Below, in pieces: positions 11,323 to 21,544 of a stretch of 64,000 nucleotides of DNA. A model generated the notes under the pieces. It saw only the letters and a program-made list of their open reading frames with translations, searched no databases and was not told the origin of the DNA. Source of the DNA: Candidatus Dadabacteria bacterium. GTDB lineage: Bacteria > Desulfobacterota_D > UBA1144 > Nemesobacterales > CSP1-2. The DNA is taken from positions 864,001 to 928,000 of the forward strand of contig CAWDVW010000005.1 in assembly GCA_963805855.1 (NCBI GenBank), in the 5' to 3' direction. Every line of letters begins with the position of its first letter. The stretch's first letter is position 1. The position numbers and the translations under genes were made by a program.

Positions 11323-12057
11323 TTGGAAAGATCGATAGAATTAATTTTAATGTTCACGCTGCTACCGGTCATTGCTGTTATTATCGGTGGGATAATTTCT
11401 GCTTATCGACAACCGAGCCAGGCGCTTAGAGTAATTATTCAGCATTTTGCCGCTGGTGTAGTTTTTTCGGCTGTTGCTTTACAGATCTTGCCCGAACTCG
11501 TTCTGAAACTAAAAATTTCCCCGTTGGTTTTTGGGTTTTCGTTTGGAGTAGTTTTCATGATTGGTGCGGAGTGGTTAGTAGAAAAACTAATCGCAGGTAA
11601 TAATGAGGTCGGAGGTAGAGGTTCGGGAGGCCTGGCATTCGCTTCTGGCATCGACATGTTTATTGACGGGCTGCTGTTAGGAGTCAGTTTTGGGATTGGG
11701 AAAAAACAAGGAATAATGATAACAATCGCCCTAACAATTGAGATGCTCTTATTGGGTTTGTCTGTCGCATCGTCAATGGTAAGGGATCGCGTAATCAGGA
11801 GTAGAGTAATAGCAATAACGACTATGTTAGCATTTTGCGTAGTTCTTGGTGCCGCAATAGGCGGTATCTTACTTGAAGGCCTTTCTGGCGCGGGTTTGGT
11901 ATCGGTCCTGGCTTTTGCAACGTCTGCCTTCCTTTATTTAGTGACTGAAGAATTGTTGGTCGAGGCTCATAAAGGACCAGATACCAGATTTGCTACGTCT
12001 ATGTTTTTTGTTGGTTTTCTTTTGATGATGGTAATTGAGACGAGCGTAGCTAAATAA
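11323..12057 (+). CDS. ZIP-family metal transporter (ZupT/GufA-like)
   Basis: QHFAAGVV, DMFIDGLLLG and LYLVTEELLVEAH motifs; multiple TM helices; AGGAG RBS. Confidence 0.85.
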   Translation: MERSIELILMFTLLPVIAVIIGGIISAYRQPSQALRVIIQHFAAGVVFSAVALQILPELVLKLKISPLVFGFSFGVVFMIGAEWLVEKLIAGNNEVGGRGSGGLAFASGIDMFIDGLLLGVSFGIGKKQGIMITIALTIEMLLLGLSVASSMVRDRVIRSRVIAITTMLAFCVVLGAAIGGILLEGLSGAGLVSVLAFATSAFLYLVTEELLVEAHKGPDTRFATSMFFVGFLLMMVIETSVAK

Positions 12058-12176
12058 ATCCTTGGTTTCCAATCAGTTTGACAGATTTTGATGCCAATGA
12101 TGATATTCACTCTAAAACACTAGAGCCTAAATTGAAAGTTATAAAATATTAAGAAAACGCTTGTGGGATAGGTGAC

Positions 12177-12665
12177 ATGGTCATCATTATAATGGGTGTG
12201 GAAGGAACCGGTAAAACGACTATCGGGAAAATGCTCGCTCAAAAGCTCGGATGGAAATTCTATGATGCCGACGATTACCATCCCAAACGCAACATAGAGA
12301 AGATGCGAGGTGGTGTACCACTGAATGATGAAGACAGGTGGCCCTGGCTTAAGGAGGTACGTAAGCTGATCGACTCCTCTTTGAATATTAATGAACCATC
12401 TATCATTGCTTGTTCAGCCTTAAAAAGTTCGTATCGCCAGTACTTAAAACAACAAGAAGAGAAGATAATATTTGTTTATTTAAAGGGCGATAAGAATACA
12501 ATTTTGAAACGGTTGGCTTCGCGTGAAAAACATTTCGCTGGAACTCAACTACTTGAAAGTCAACTACAAACACTCGAGGAACCGGAAGGTGCAATAGCCT
12601 GTGATATTTCAGGAGAACCCGAAGTCATCACCGATTACATAATTGAAAAATTAGAACTTTCATAG
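12177..12665 (+). CDS. gntK: Gluconokinase (GntK/IdnK type)
   Basis: MGVEGTGKTT P-loop, DADDYHP, PLNDEDRWPW, ACSALK, SQLQTLEEP. Confidence 0.9.
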   Translation: MVIIIMGVEGTGKTTIGKMLAQKLGWKFYDADDYHPKRNIEKMRGGVPLNDEDRWPWLKEVRKLIDSSLNINEPSIIACSALKSSYRQYLKQQEEKIIFVYLKGDKNTILKRLASREKHFAGTQLLESQLQTLEEPEGAIACDISGEPEVITDYIIEKLELS

Positions 12666-12851
12666 TCATAAGAATTATCTATGACTCTATAATGAGCGCT
12701 TCCGACTGTACTAACCATTTGTGATCATAGTAATCACTTACTTGTTTCAAGGGCAGAAATCGATATATAATGCTAAATAAAACTGTGCTTATAAATCATC
12801 CTACTCGACCATCGAGTCCTCACATCTTTTGCACGTGGATTGGAGGATCCC

Positions 12852-14258
12852 ATGCCAGACAAACCTGAGAATACCTCTCCGCAATCAATGACATACGAAT
12901 CTGTTTCCCATCGTGCCAAAGTTGGAACCTTAGGAAGATTCCTCGAAGCCGAAAAGAGGAATACCCCTGTACTATTTTGGGCCCTCGTGGTTGGATGCCT
13001 CACTGGGTTGCTAGGCGCCGTATTCCAGATAATACTGACCACAATCGCAACGTGGAAGGCCTCACTCTTAATTTGGGCTCAAAATTATGAGTTCTTATCC
13101 TGGGGTCTCCCGATTTTCTTATCAGCAGTAATGGTTTATGTCGCCCTTCTTATGGTCCGAAGGATCGCGCCGGAAACTGGCGGAAGTGGGATTCAGGAGA
13201 TTGAGGGAGCATTAGACGACGAAAGGCCTCTTCGCTGGAAACGAGTTATTCCGATAAAGTTCCTCAGCGGTATCTTTGCCCTTGGAGCGGGCATGGTTCT
13301 TGGTCGAGAGGGTCCGACGATTCAGATGGGGGGGAACATAGGAAAGATGATCGCGGACCTGTTTAATGTCTCCAAAGATGATCTTCATACATTGGTAGCT
13401 GCAGGAGCCGGTGCCGGCCTTGCTGCCGCATTCAATGCTCCATTGGCAGGGATCCTTTTTGTAATCGAGGAGATGCGACCCCAGTTCAAGTTCACCTTCC
13501 TTTCATTTCAATCAGTTTTGATCGCTTGCGCTGTGTCTGACATTGTACTTCGCAGCCTTATGGGACAGGGACCAGACATCGTGATGTCTCAATTCCCTTC
13601 GCCACAGCTGTCATATCTATGGGTCTTTCTTGTCTTTGGATCGATCTTCGGAATATTCGGATACCTCTTTAACCATCTGTTGATTGTATCCCTTAACTTT
13701 TTCGCCGGATTGCGTGGCTGGTTATATATCTTTACGGGACTTATTGTCGGGGGAATAATAGGTATTTTGGTATGGCTCTTTCCCGACACGGTAGGAGGTG
13801 GTTACGACGTAATTCCTAAAGCATTTCATAACACCTTTGTCCCGATGACCCTCTTGATTCTATTTGTGGCCAGGTTTGGGACTACAGCCTTCAGTTATGG
13901 CTCCGGAGCCCCCGGCGGCATCTTCGCACCGATGCTGGCTTTAGGGACACTCTTTGGCCTGTGGTTTGGCCACTTCACTCATGAGCTGTTTCCGGCCCAC
14001 GTTTTACATCCTGGAATTTTTGCCGTCGCGGGAATGGCCGCGCTATTTTCTGCCACCGTTCGAGCCCCCCTGACAGGAATTGTATTGACTGTTGAGATGA
14101 CACTAAATTATTCTCAAATCCTCCCTCTCATCCTGACTTGCATGTCAGCCACTATCGTCGCCCAGGGTTTAGGAGGAAAACCAATATATACGGTTCTTCT
14201 GCATCGAACCCTGACGCTGGCCAGGTCAAAGACGAAAGAGGTTAAAGAGGGGGAGTAG
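12852..14258 (+). CDS. clcA: H+/Cl- exchange transporter ClcA
   Basis: ClC signatures GSGIQE, GREGP, GIFAP and PIY; GGAGG RBS before ATG 12852. Confidence 0.92.
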   Translation: MPDKPENTSPQSMTYESVSHRAKVGTLGRFLEAEKRNTPVLFWALVVGCLTGLLGAVFQIILTTIATWKASLLIWAQNYEFLSWGLPIFLSAVMVYVALLMVRRIAPETGGSGIQEIEGALDDERPLRWKRVIPIKFLSGIFALGAGMVLGREGPTIQMGGNIGKMIADLFNVSKDDLHTLVAAGAGAGLAAAFNAPLAGILFVIEEMRPQFKFTFLSFQSVLIACAVSDIVLRSLMGQGPDIVMSQFPSPQLSYLWVFLVFGSIFGIFGYLFNHLLIVSLNFFAGLRGWLYIFTGLIVGGIIGILVWLFPDTVGGGYDVIPKAFHNTFVPMTLLILFVARFGTTAFSYGSGAPGGIFAPMLALGTLFGLWFGHFTHELFPAHVLHPGIFAVAGMAALFSATVRAPLTGIVLTVEMTLNYSQILPLILTCMSATIVAQGLGGKPIYTVLLHRTLTLARSKTKEVKEGE

Positions 14259-14464
14259 ATCATTTAGTGCTGAAATGATGTAAGTATTGACACGGTTAAC
14301 ACTGATATAATATAGTTACAAGGGTAAGTGATGTTAAATTAGTAGTTTAAAGTGTAATAATTGGTTTTTGCATTAGATATCTGGCCTAACGATTTGATAT
14401 AGTTAGCGTAACAGAATATTTAATTGCTATTTAAAAAAATCATCCGGTTCCGGGAACGGGAGTA

Positions 14465-15403
14465 ATGAGGAGTAATAATATGATCAACCATAATAAATTC
14501 CTATTTATTAATATTTTGATTTCGTTGATCTTGATAAGTCCGGAAATCAGCTATGGACAGAATCTGGAGAATCGCGTTAGTAAGCTTGAGGCAAGAATCT
14601 CGGCTCAGCAGAAACAATTAGAGGAAGCGTATAAGACGATATCAAAGCTCCAGGAAGAGCTGAATTCATTGAATGCAGACCTGGGCACTTTTCGTAATTT
14701 GAAAGGATATGTGAGGCTAGTCCCTGGAACTATGCAAGGAGTTAGGGGACCAAATTTGATCTTCGAAGGAGTTAATGTTCATATACGCAATAAAAGATCT
14801 TCCACAACAATGGTTGACGGTTTGGGAAATCTAATCATCGGATATAATGAGATTGGCGACGAGGCCGGCTTATTTTATCCTCCACCAGTCAGAAACGGTT
14901 CACACAATCTCATCGTAGGTTCAGGCCACTCATATAGCAGCGCTGGAGGTTTTGTAGCCGGTTACAGAAATACTATAGGAAATAGTTTTTCAACGGTTAC
15001 CGGAGGGTTTTTAAATGTGGCCAACGGAGAGTATTCCTCGGTGTCGGGCGGCCTGCTTAACATAGCCGGTGGAGAGTTCTCGGCAGTATCTGGCGGAATG
15101 CAAAACGATACGGCTAGTTTTGCATCATCAGTCGCTGGAGGGTCGTACAATGAGTCTGAAGTAATGTTATCATCGACTAGCGAAACCTCTGATAATGCTT
15201 TAGACGCTAACAGCAATAACACTGGACCTGAGATAGAACTTACCTTTGAAAACGATGGCACAAAAAATGAGACCAGTGTTAAGAATCGTAGCTCCGAGAA
15301 TGAGACGCGGGCCGATACAGGTAAAGATGTTATCACTGTATTGGATGGTTCTAGGTCTCAGCCGAACTTAACAGATAACACGGACAAGGGTGCCGAAGAT
15401 TAG
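14465..15403 (+). CDS. Exported protein with coiled coil and Gly-rich beta-solenoid-like repeats (adhesin-like)
   Basis: Signal peptide, coiled coil, GLGNLIIGYNE, ~14-aa repeats (STVTGGFLNVANGE / SSVSGGLLNIAGGE / SAVSGGMQN), acidic low-complexity tail. Confidence 0.6.
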   Translation: MRSNNMINHNKFLFINILISLILISPEISYGQNLENRVSKLEARISAQQKQLEEAYKTISKLQEELNSLNADLGTFRNLKGYVRLVPGTMQGVRGPNLIFEGVNVHIRNKRSSTTMVDGLGNLIIGYNEIGDEAGLFYPPPVRNGSHNLIVGSGHSYSSAGGFVAGYRNTIGNSFSTVTGGFLNVANGEYSSVSGGLLNIAGGEFSAVSGGMQNDTASFASSVAGGSYNESEVMLSSTSETSDNALDANSNNTGPEIELTFENDGTKNETSVKNRSSENETRADTGKDVITVLDGSRSQPNLTDNTDKGAED

Positions 15404-15774
15404 AATGGTTTAATTGGTTCCCTAAGCAGAATTGCAATTCGGGCGGCTCTATGAACTATTATGAACTATAATGTAAAGCCCGTGCCAAAAAAGCCTCAGT
15501 CGTTTGACCCAATCTGATGGAGAGAATTTTCTCATAAACGGGATTGTTCGATTTAAATCTGATATAAAAAGAATATTATTTATTTATTATAGTCAAATGA
15601 TATTTCCTATTAGCAATATAACGTACTTGGCTTGCAAACTTCGCGTAGCTTGCTGCGACGAGTTCCATTATTCTTTAATACATATGCGTCAAAAAACGAT
15701 CGCAAAAGTTCCGAACGGACTGGAAAGACTTTATTAAGGTGTTAGAATAAGTCTCGACTGAAATCATAGAGAAA

Positions 15775-16377
15775 ATGTACAGTAAGTGGGTTTCTAGACT
15801 AAAGGGAATTATTTTGTTCCCAACTTTGTTCTACTTGACCGTTTACACACCATTGGTCTTCATTGTATACCTTCCATATTGGTATAAATTCAATTGTAAC
15901 TGGAATGAACGCTGCGATACGATCGGTTATGAAAGGGCCGAAAAAGGAATCGATGATCTGACATCATTTTTTTTGCATAAAGGGGAACTGGTATCATTCT
16001 GGACGAAAAAGGAAAAGTTACATTTAGGTGAGGTCCGTGATATTTTTGATAATATGTTTATTATTGCCGTTTTCTGTGTCATCTGTTTAATACTGACGTT
16101 TGACAGGCTCCGGGTTTCTAAATTTGCGATAGTGAATGCAGCAATTATCTTCGCTTTATTAGTTGTATTACCCTTCTTCACAACTTTTTGGAGGGATATT
16201 TTCCATCCCTTGCTATTTAGCAATCAGCTCTGGATGAATAACAGGTTTGATCTTTCATTCTACATAATGCCCAGACAGTTCTTTAAATATACAACAGTGC
16301 TTTTAGTCGCATCCAGTGTGATACTCAACCTTGCAATCTGGTCGGTATCTCGTAGACGTATCGCGAGCCCTCGATAA
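15775..16377 (+). CDS. DUF1461 / lipoprotein intramolecular transacylase (Lit)-like membrane protein
   Basis: EKLHLGEVRDIF and FHPLLFSNQLW carry the two-His pattern of this family; four TM segments. Confidence 0.6.
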   Translation: MYSKWVSRLKGIILFPTLFYLTVYTPLVFIVYLPYWYKFNCNWNERCDTIGYERAEKGIDDLTSFFLHKGELVSFWTKKEKLHLGEVRDIFDNMFIIAVFCVICLILTFDRLRVSKFAIVNAAIIFALLVVLPFFTTFWRDIFHPLLFSNQLWMNNRFDLSFYIMPRQFFKYTTVLLVASSVILNLAIWSVSRRRIASPR

Positions 16378-16482
16378 TCTTGTTAATTTTCCCTTTTAAA
16401 TTAGACATGTGGCTATAGCTATGGTAGAGTATCGTTTATTACTCGTTACCGAGTTGCAAGCCTTTATTAGCCCGCTTAAATC

Positions 16483-16537
16483 TTGACAAATATACCGGAG
16501 AAGTATAATATATACATTATGGATGTATGATATCCAT
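16483..16537 (+). promoter_or_regulatory. Sigma70-type promoter and candidate Rrf2 operator for the suf operon
   Basis: TTGACA 16483-16488; TATAAT 16504-16509 (15-nt spacer) or TAATAT 16506-16511 (17-nt); imperfect palindrome ATGGAT-N7-ATCCAT 16519-16537. Confidence 0.55.
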
Positions 16538-16560
16538 GATTCCTCTTCAGGTTAGAAAAT

Positions 16561-16977
16561 ATGCAAGTAAGCAGAACATTAGATTATGCTGTGAGGTCGC
16601 TAGCCTATATGGGGAAAAACCCTGTATTAACCTCAAGCATGAAAGAGATATCGCAAAATCAACACATACCGATTAATTACCTTGCTAAGATCATGCGGAG
16701 GCTTGTCAAAAGGGGTCTTATAAGATCGATGGTCGGGCCGGATGGAGGTTATGTTCTACGAAAATCTCCACGAGAGATTAACCTTAGAGAGGTATATGAG
16801 GCTATCGAAGGTGAATTGAGGATTATCGATTGTATGGATAAGGCTGAGATCTGTGCACTTCATCAGTATTGTCCGCAACTCCCGGTATGGGACAGGGTTA
16901 GATTATCTATGATAAAGATACTTGAGGACACGACACTCGACGATATGTTAAAGCAGATTGGAACTGATTTGAGTTGA
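16561..16977 (+). CDS. Rrf2-family transcriptional regulator (three Cys)
   Basis: DYAVRSL, YLAKIMRRL, GPDGGYVL, C-X6-C-X5-C; heads the suf operon. Confidence 0.9.
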   Translation: MQVSRTLDYAVRSLAYMGKNPVLTSSMKEISQNQHIPINYLAKIMRRLVKRGLIRSMVGPDGGYVLRKSPREINLREVYEAIEGELRIIDCMDKAEICALHQYCPQLPVWDRVRLSMIKILEDTTLDDMLKQIGTDLS

Positions 16978-17014
16978 AAAAAATATTGATATACTTAAAC
17001 TTGGAGGCTTTTAA

Positions 17015-18451
17015 ATGAGCGTAGATCTGGAACGGTTGTCAAAACAAGAATACAAATACGGATTCGTTACGAACATCGAGCAGGAAATTGCACCTAAGGG
17101 TTTGAACGAAGATACCATTCGAATGATCTCGGCTAAGAAGAATGAGCCTGAATGGTTGTTGGAGTGGCGTCTAAAAGCTTACAGGCATTGGCTTACAATG
17201 AAGGAGCCAAAATGGCAAAATGTTCATTATCCTCCCATCGATTACAACGATATTAGCTATTATGCCGCGCCTAAACAGGCAAATAAGGCTAAGAGTCTCG
17301 ATGATATAGACCCAGAATTAAGGGCAACCTATCAGAAACTCGGAATTCCTCTCGAAGAACAGATGATGCTTGCAGGTGTGGCCGTAGATGCAGTCTTTGA
17401 CAGTGTTTCGCTGATTACAACATTCAAGGAAAAACTTGCTGAATTAAATATAATATTTTGTTCTATTTCAGACGCTGTGCAGGAATATCCAGAATTGGTA
17501 AAGAAATACATGGGGTTTGTAGTACCCAATAACGACAACTACTTTGCCGCTCTCAACTCTGCCGTGTTTACGGATGGTTCCTTCGTTTACGTTCCAAAGG
17601 GCGTTCGCTGTCCGATGGAATTGTCTACGTATTTCCGTATAAACGCAGAGAATACAGGTCAGTTTGAAAGAACGCTGATCATTGGGGAAGAAGGCAGCTA
17701 CGTCAGCTATCTGGAGGGATGTACTGCGCCAAAACGCGATGAAAACCAGTTACATGCGGCTGTAGTGGAACTCATAGCTCACACTGACGCTACAATCAAG
17801 TATTCTACGATACAGAATTGGTATCCCGGTGACAAGGATGGTAAAGGGGGTATTTACAACTTTGTCACAAAACGGGGAAGATGCCTAGGTAGAAATTCTC
17901 ATATTTCCTGGACCCAAGTCGAGACTGGTTCTGCAATAACATGGAAATATCCGAGCTGTATTCTCGAGGGTGACAATTCGGTCGGTGAATTTTATTCTGT
18001 TGCATTAACTAATAATCGCCAGCAGGCTGATACAGGAACTAAGATGATACATATTGGTAAGAATACCAGTAGCACAATCGTCTCAAAGGGTATATCTGCT
18101 GGCCACGGTCAGAACACATACCGAGGGCTCGTCCAGATTGGTAAAAATGCTACCGGAGCGCGTAACTATACCCAGTGTGACTCAATGCTCATAGGAGATA
18201 AGTGCGGAGCCCACACATTTCCTTACATCGAGGTTAAGAACTCTACGGCCCGGATGGAACATGAAGCTAGTACTTCTAAGATTGGTGACGACCAGATTTT
18301 TTATTGCCAACAAAGGGGTCTTTCCGCGGAGGACGCTGTGTCACTCATAGTCAATGGTTTTTGCAAGAAGGTATTTCGAGAACTGCCATTCGAATTTGCT
18401 GTAGAGGCAGAACGACTATTGAGTGTCAGTCTTGAGGGAAGCGTCGGATAG
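17015..18451 (+). CDS. sufB: Fe-S cluster assembly protein SufB
   Basis: [34 protein letters not shown] motifs. Confidence 0.97.
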   Translation: MSVDLERLSKQEYKYGFVTNIEQEIAPKGLNEDTIRMISAKKNEPEWLLEWRLKAYRHWLTMKEPKWQNVHYPPIDYNDISYYAAPKQANKAKSLDDIDPELRATYQKLGIPLEEQMMLAGVAVDAVFDSVSLITTFKEKLAELNIIFCSISDAVQEYPELVKKYMGFVVPNNDNYFAALNSAVFTDGSFVYVPKGVRCPMELSTYFRINAENTGQFERTLIIGEEGSYVSYLEGCTAPKRDENQLHAAVVELIAHTDATIKYSTIQNWYPGDKDGKGGIYNFVTKRGRCLGRNSHISWTQVETGSAITWKYPSCILEGDNSVGEFYSVALTNNRQQADTGTKMIHIGKNTSSTIVSKGISAGHGQNTYRGLVQIGKNATGARNYTQCDSMLIGDKCGAHTFPYIEVKNSTARMEHEASTSKIGDDQIFYCQQRGLSAEDAVSLIVNGFCKKVFRELPFEFAVEAERLLSVSLEGSVG

Positions 18452-18522
18452 ACAATCCATACTAAACCTATTACTCATAGTTACGAAAACTACTATTTAT
18501 AAGATAACTATTCGGAGGAATT

Positions 18523-19293
18523 ATGCTTGAGATAAAGAATTTACATGTGAGCATTGAAAACCAAGAGATTCTTAAGGGATTGAATCTATTGATTAATCCC
18601 GGCGAGGTACATTCGATAATGGGACCGAACGGTTCAGGAAAGAGCACTCTTGCTCAGGTACTTGCAGGCCGCGATACGTATGAAGTTACAGAAGGTGAAA
18701 TTCTCTACGAAGGTAGAAACCTGCTGGACATACTTCCTGAGGAGAGGGCGCGAGAGGGTATTTTCATGGCTTTCCAATATCCTGTAGAAATACCGGGCGT
18801 TGCAAATACATACTTCCTCCGGGAAGCGTTGAATGCCATAAGAAAGCACAAGGGACTGGAACCACTTAAGCACGTTGAATTTGTCAAGATGGTAAAACAG
18901 AAGATGAAAGCCCTGGATATGGATGAAAACCTTCTACAACGCTCCGTTAATGAGGGTTTTTCCGGGGGTGAGAAGAAGCGGAATGAGATCTTTCAATTGC
19001 AGGTTCTGGAGCCCAGGCTTGCCATATTAGACGAGACTGATTCGGGGCTAGATATTGATGCCCTTAAGATCGTCGCCAAGGGTGTGAACATGATGCGAAC
19101 AGATGAACGAGCCTTTTTGATAATTACTCATTACCAGAGACTCCTCAACTACATCATTACTGATTTTGTCCACGTCCTCGTAGATGGGAGGATAGTAAAA
19201 TCAGGTGGAAAAGAATTGGCACTAGAGCTAGAAGACAAAGGGTACGCGCGGGTGGGCGATGAATTGACTGACGCCAACGTGGCTCAAAATTAA
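18523..19293 (+). CDS. sufC: Fe-S cluster assembly ATPase SufC
   Basis: GPNGSGKST, FSGGEKKRNE, LDETDSGLDIDAL. Confidence 0.97.
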   Translation: MLEIKNLHVSIENQEILKGLNLLINPGEVHSIMGPNGSGKSTLAQVLAGRDTYEVTEGEILYEGRNLLDILPEERAREGIFMAFQYPVEIPGVANTYFLREALNAIRKHKGLEPLKHVEFVKMVKQKMKALDMDENLLQRSVNEGFSGGEKKRNEIFQLQVLEPRLAILDETDSGLDIDALKIVAKGVNMMRTDERAFLIITHYQRLLNYIITDFVHVLVDGRIVKSGGKELALELEDKGYARVGDELTDANVAQN

Positions 19294-19307
19294 CAGGGTG
19301 ATCGAAA

Positions 19308-20648
19308 ATGGAAATTGAAATGCAGGATATTAATAGCTATCTTGAAGGCTTTTTTAAACACCAGGAGTATTCTCCCGGTAGAGAGATTAAATGGTTTAGG
19401 GAAAATCGAGAAAAAGCCATACATGCATTTAAGAAATTGGGGTTTCCTACAATCCATGACGAGGATTGGAGGTTTACAAGCCTGGCTCCAATTGAACGGA
19501 CTGTCTTCAGATTAATGCCGAATGGGAAACCAAAGCTAACAAGGAATGATATAGCGCCATTTGTCTTTTCTGATTCATTACGAAATCAACTAGTCTTTAT
19601 CGATGGCAGATTTTCGGTTGAACTTTCTTCCCAGGATACTAATGGTGGAGTTAGAATATCAAATCTTACAAAAGCACTGATTGATTATCAGGATTTGTTG
19701 AGCGAGCATCTCACTCGCTATGCTGACTTCGAACATGAAGCTTTGACAGCACTGAATACCGCCTTTATGGAAGATGGCGCATTCGTATTGATACCAAAAG
19801 GTGTCTTGCTTTCTGAACCAATCCATTTGTTATACATATCAACGATCAATGATGTTCCCTCTCTTTCAAATCCCCGTAACTTGATAATTCTTGAAGATAA
19901 CAGTCAGGCTAATATTATCGAACATTACGTCTCACTGGGTAGCAATGTCTATTTTTCTAACGTCGTTACAGAGGTTGTTATTGGTGAGAACAGTACGCTT
20001 GATCATTATATGATTGAGATAGAAAGCGCAAAGGCCTATAACGTTTCTACTCTGCGGGTTGAGCAAAAGCGTAATAGCAGCCTAAATTCCCACTCTTTGC
20101 TGCTTGGTGGATCTCTTGTAAGGAATAATGTTCATCCGGTGCTTGCTGGAGAGGGCTGCCATTCATTTATAAACGGTTTATTCATGTCTAGAGATAGACA
20201 ACACATGGATAATTACATGAAAGTAGAACATGCTAGTCCGAATTGCGACAGTCGACAACTTTATAACGGAGTCTTAGATGGCAAGTCGAGGGGGGTATTC
20301 CACGGCCGAATTATTGTGCATAAAGATGCCCAGAAGACGGATGCCAAACAGACAAATAGAAATCTTCTACTTTCCGATTCAGCACAGATCGATACTAAAC
20401 CCCAACTTGAAATTTATGCCGACGATGTGAAATGCACCCACGGTGCTACGATTGGACAGCTAGATGAAAATGCCATTTTCTATATTCGATCCCGTGGCTT
20501 ATCAGAAGAATCTGCTCGTGAAATGCTACTGCATGCTTTCGCAAGCAAGAGCCTCGAGAGTATGAAAGTAAAAGAAATAAGAGATTATGTTGAAAGGCTT
20601 GTGACAGAGTGGTTTGCGAAAGGGAATTTAGTTCAATTATCAGGCTAG
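19308..20648 (+). CDS. sufD: Fe-S cluster assembly protein SufD
   Basis: EDWRFT, AQKTDAKQ, KPQLEIYADDVKCTHGAT. Confidence 0.95.
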   Translation: MEIEMQDINSYLEGFFKHQEYSPGREIKWFRENREKAIHAFKKLGFPTIHDEDWRFTSLAPIERTVFRLMPNGKPKLTRNDIAPFVFSDSLRNQLVFIDGRFSVELSSQDTNGGVRISNLTKALIDYQDLLSEHLTRYADFEHEALTALNTAFMEDGAFVLIPKGVLLSEPIHLLYISTINDVPSLSNPRNLIILEDNSQANIIEHYVSLGSNVYFSNVVTEVVIGENSTLDHYMIEIESAKAYNVSTLRVEQKRNSSLNSHSLLLGGSLVRNNVHPVLAGEGCHSFINGLFMSRDRQHMDNYMKVEHASPNCDSRQLYNGVLDGKSRGVFHGRIIVHKDAQKTDAKQTNRNLLLSDSAQIDTKPQLEIYADDVKCTHGATIGQLDENAIFYIRSRGLSEESAREMLLHAFASKSLESMKVKEIRDYVERLVTEWFAKGNLVQLSG

Positions 20649-20750
20649 TGTAACAGAAGTGTATTTGCACCTATCCCGTGAGCTCTATTGTTTTGTGAAA
20701 TCCGGATAGGTATTGACGAACGTAATTATTAAATTGAGAACAAATTAAAG

Positions 20751-21137
20751 ATGAACACTGAGCAATTTGATCATATTCTAGATCACTTTAAACACCCAAG
20801 AAACTACAAAAGGCTCAGTGAACCGGATATCTCTCATGAAGAAGGTAATCCTCTGTGCGGTGACGTAATACGATTCGATTTTAAAATTAAGAATAACAAG
20901 GTTAGTGAGACAGGATTTTCTGGTAAAGGATGCGCTATAAGCCAGGCTTCTGCGTCAATATTAACTGAAATGATAGTCCACAAAGATTTGGAATCTATCA
21001 GAGAAATTACTGCGGATGATTTGCTAGAAGCGATTGGGATGAGGATTAGTCCCGTCAGGCTAAAATGTGCACTGTTATCTCTTAAGGTTTTACGATCCGG
21101 ACTATTCGGGAAAAATAACTGGCCCGGAGAAGATTGA
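20751..21137 (+). CDS. sufU: SufU/IscU-like scaffold/sulfur-transfer protein
   Basis: HPRN, NPLCGD, GCAISQASAS, RLKCA. Confidence 0.88.
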   Translation: MNTEQFDHILDHFKHPRNYKRLSEPDISHEEGNPLCGDVIRFDFKIKNNKVSETGFSGKGCAISQASASILTEMIVHKDLESIREITADDLLEAIGMRISPVRLKCALLSLKVLRSGLFGKNNWPGED

Positions 21138-21205
21138 CGCATTTAAGAAACGTAAGACTAAAAGAGTTACAAATCTCTGCAAGGTGAAAACCTAAGAACA
21201 GTTAC

Positions 21206-21520
21206 ATGAATAACGGATTTATCAGGGTTGCTAAAAGGTCTGAAATATTACCTGGGGATGTGAAACCGTTTTTTGTGGATAACGAGAGCATTGCGATTTG
21301 CAATGTTGGTGGAAAGTTTTATGCAATCAAAGACGAATGTACCCACATGGAATTTCCACTTTCAGACGGGGTGTTAGAGAGTGAAACCATCACTTGCGCT
21401 TACCACGGTGCGGAGTTCAATGTGAAGACCGGTGAAGCCCTTTGCATGCCTGCTGTAGAACCAGTGGAAACATATGAATTAAAAGTCGAGGGGGATGATA
21501 TATACATTTTATTTGATTGA
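21206..21520 (+). CDS. Rieske-type [2Fe-2S] ferredoxin subunit
   Basis: CTH...CAYH ligand motif. Confidence 0.9.
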   Translation: MNNGFIRVAKRSEILPGDVKPFFVDNESIAICNVGGKFYAIKDECTHMEFPLSDGVLESETITCAYHGAEFNVKTGEALCMPAVEPVETYELKVEGDDIYILFD

Positions 21521-21544
21521 TAACGGACAAACTCGTGGCTAGTT

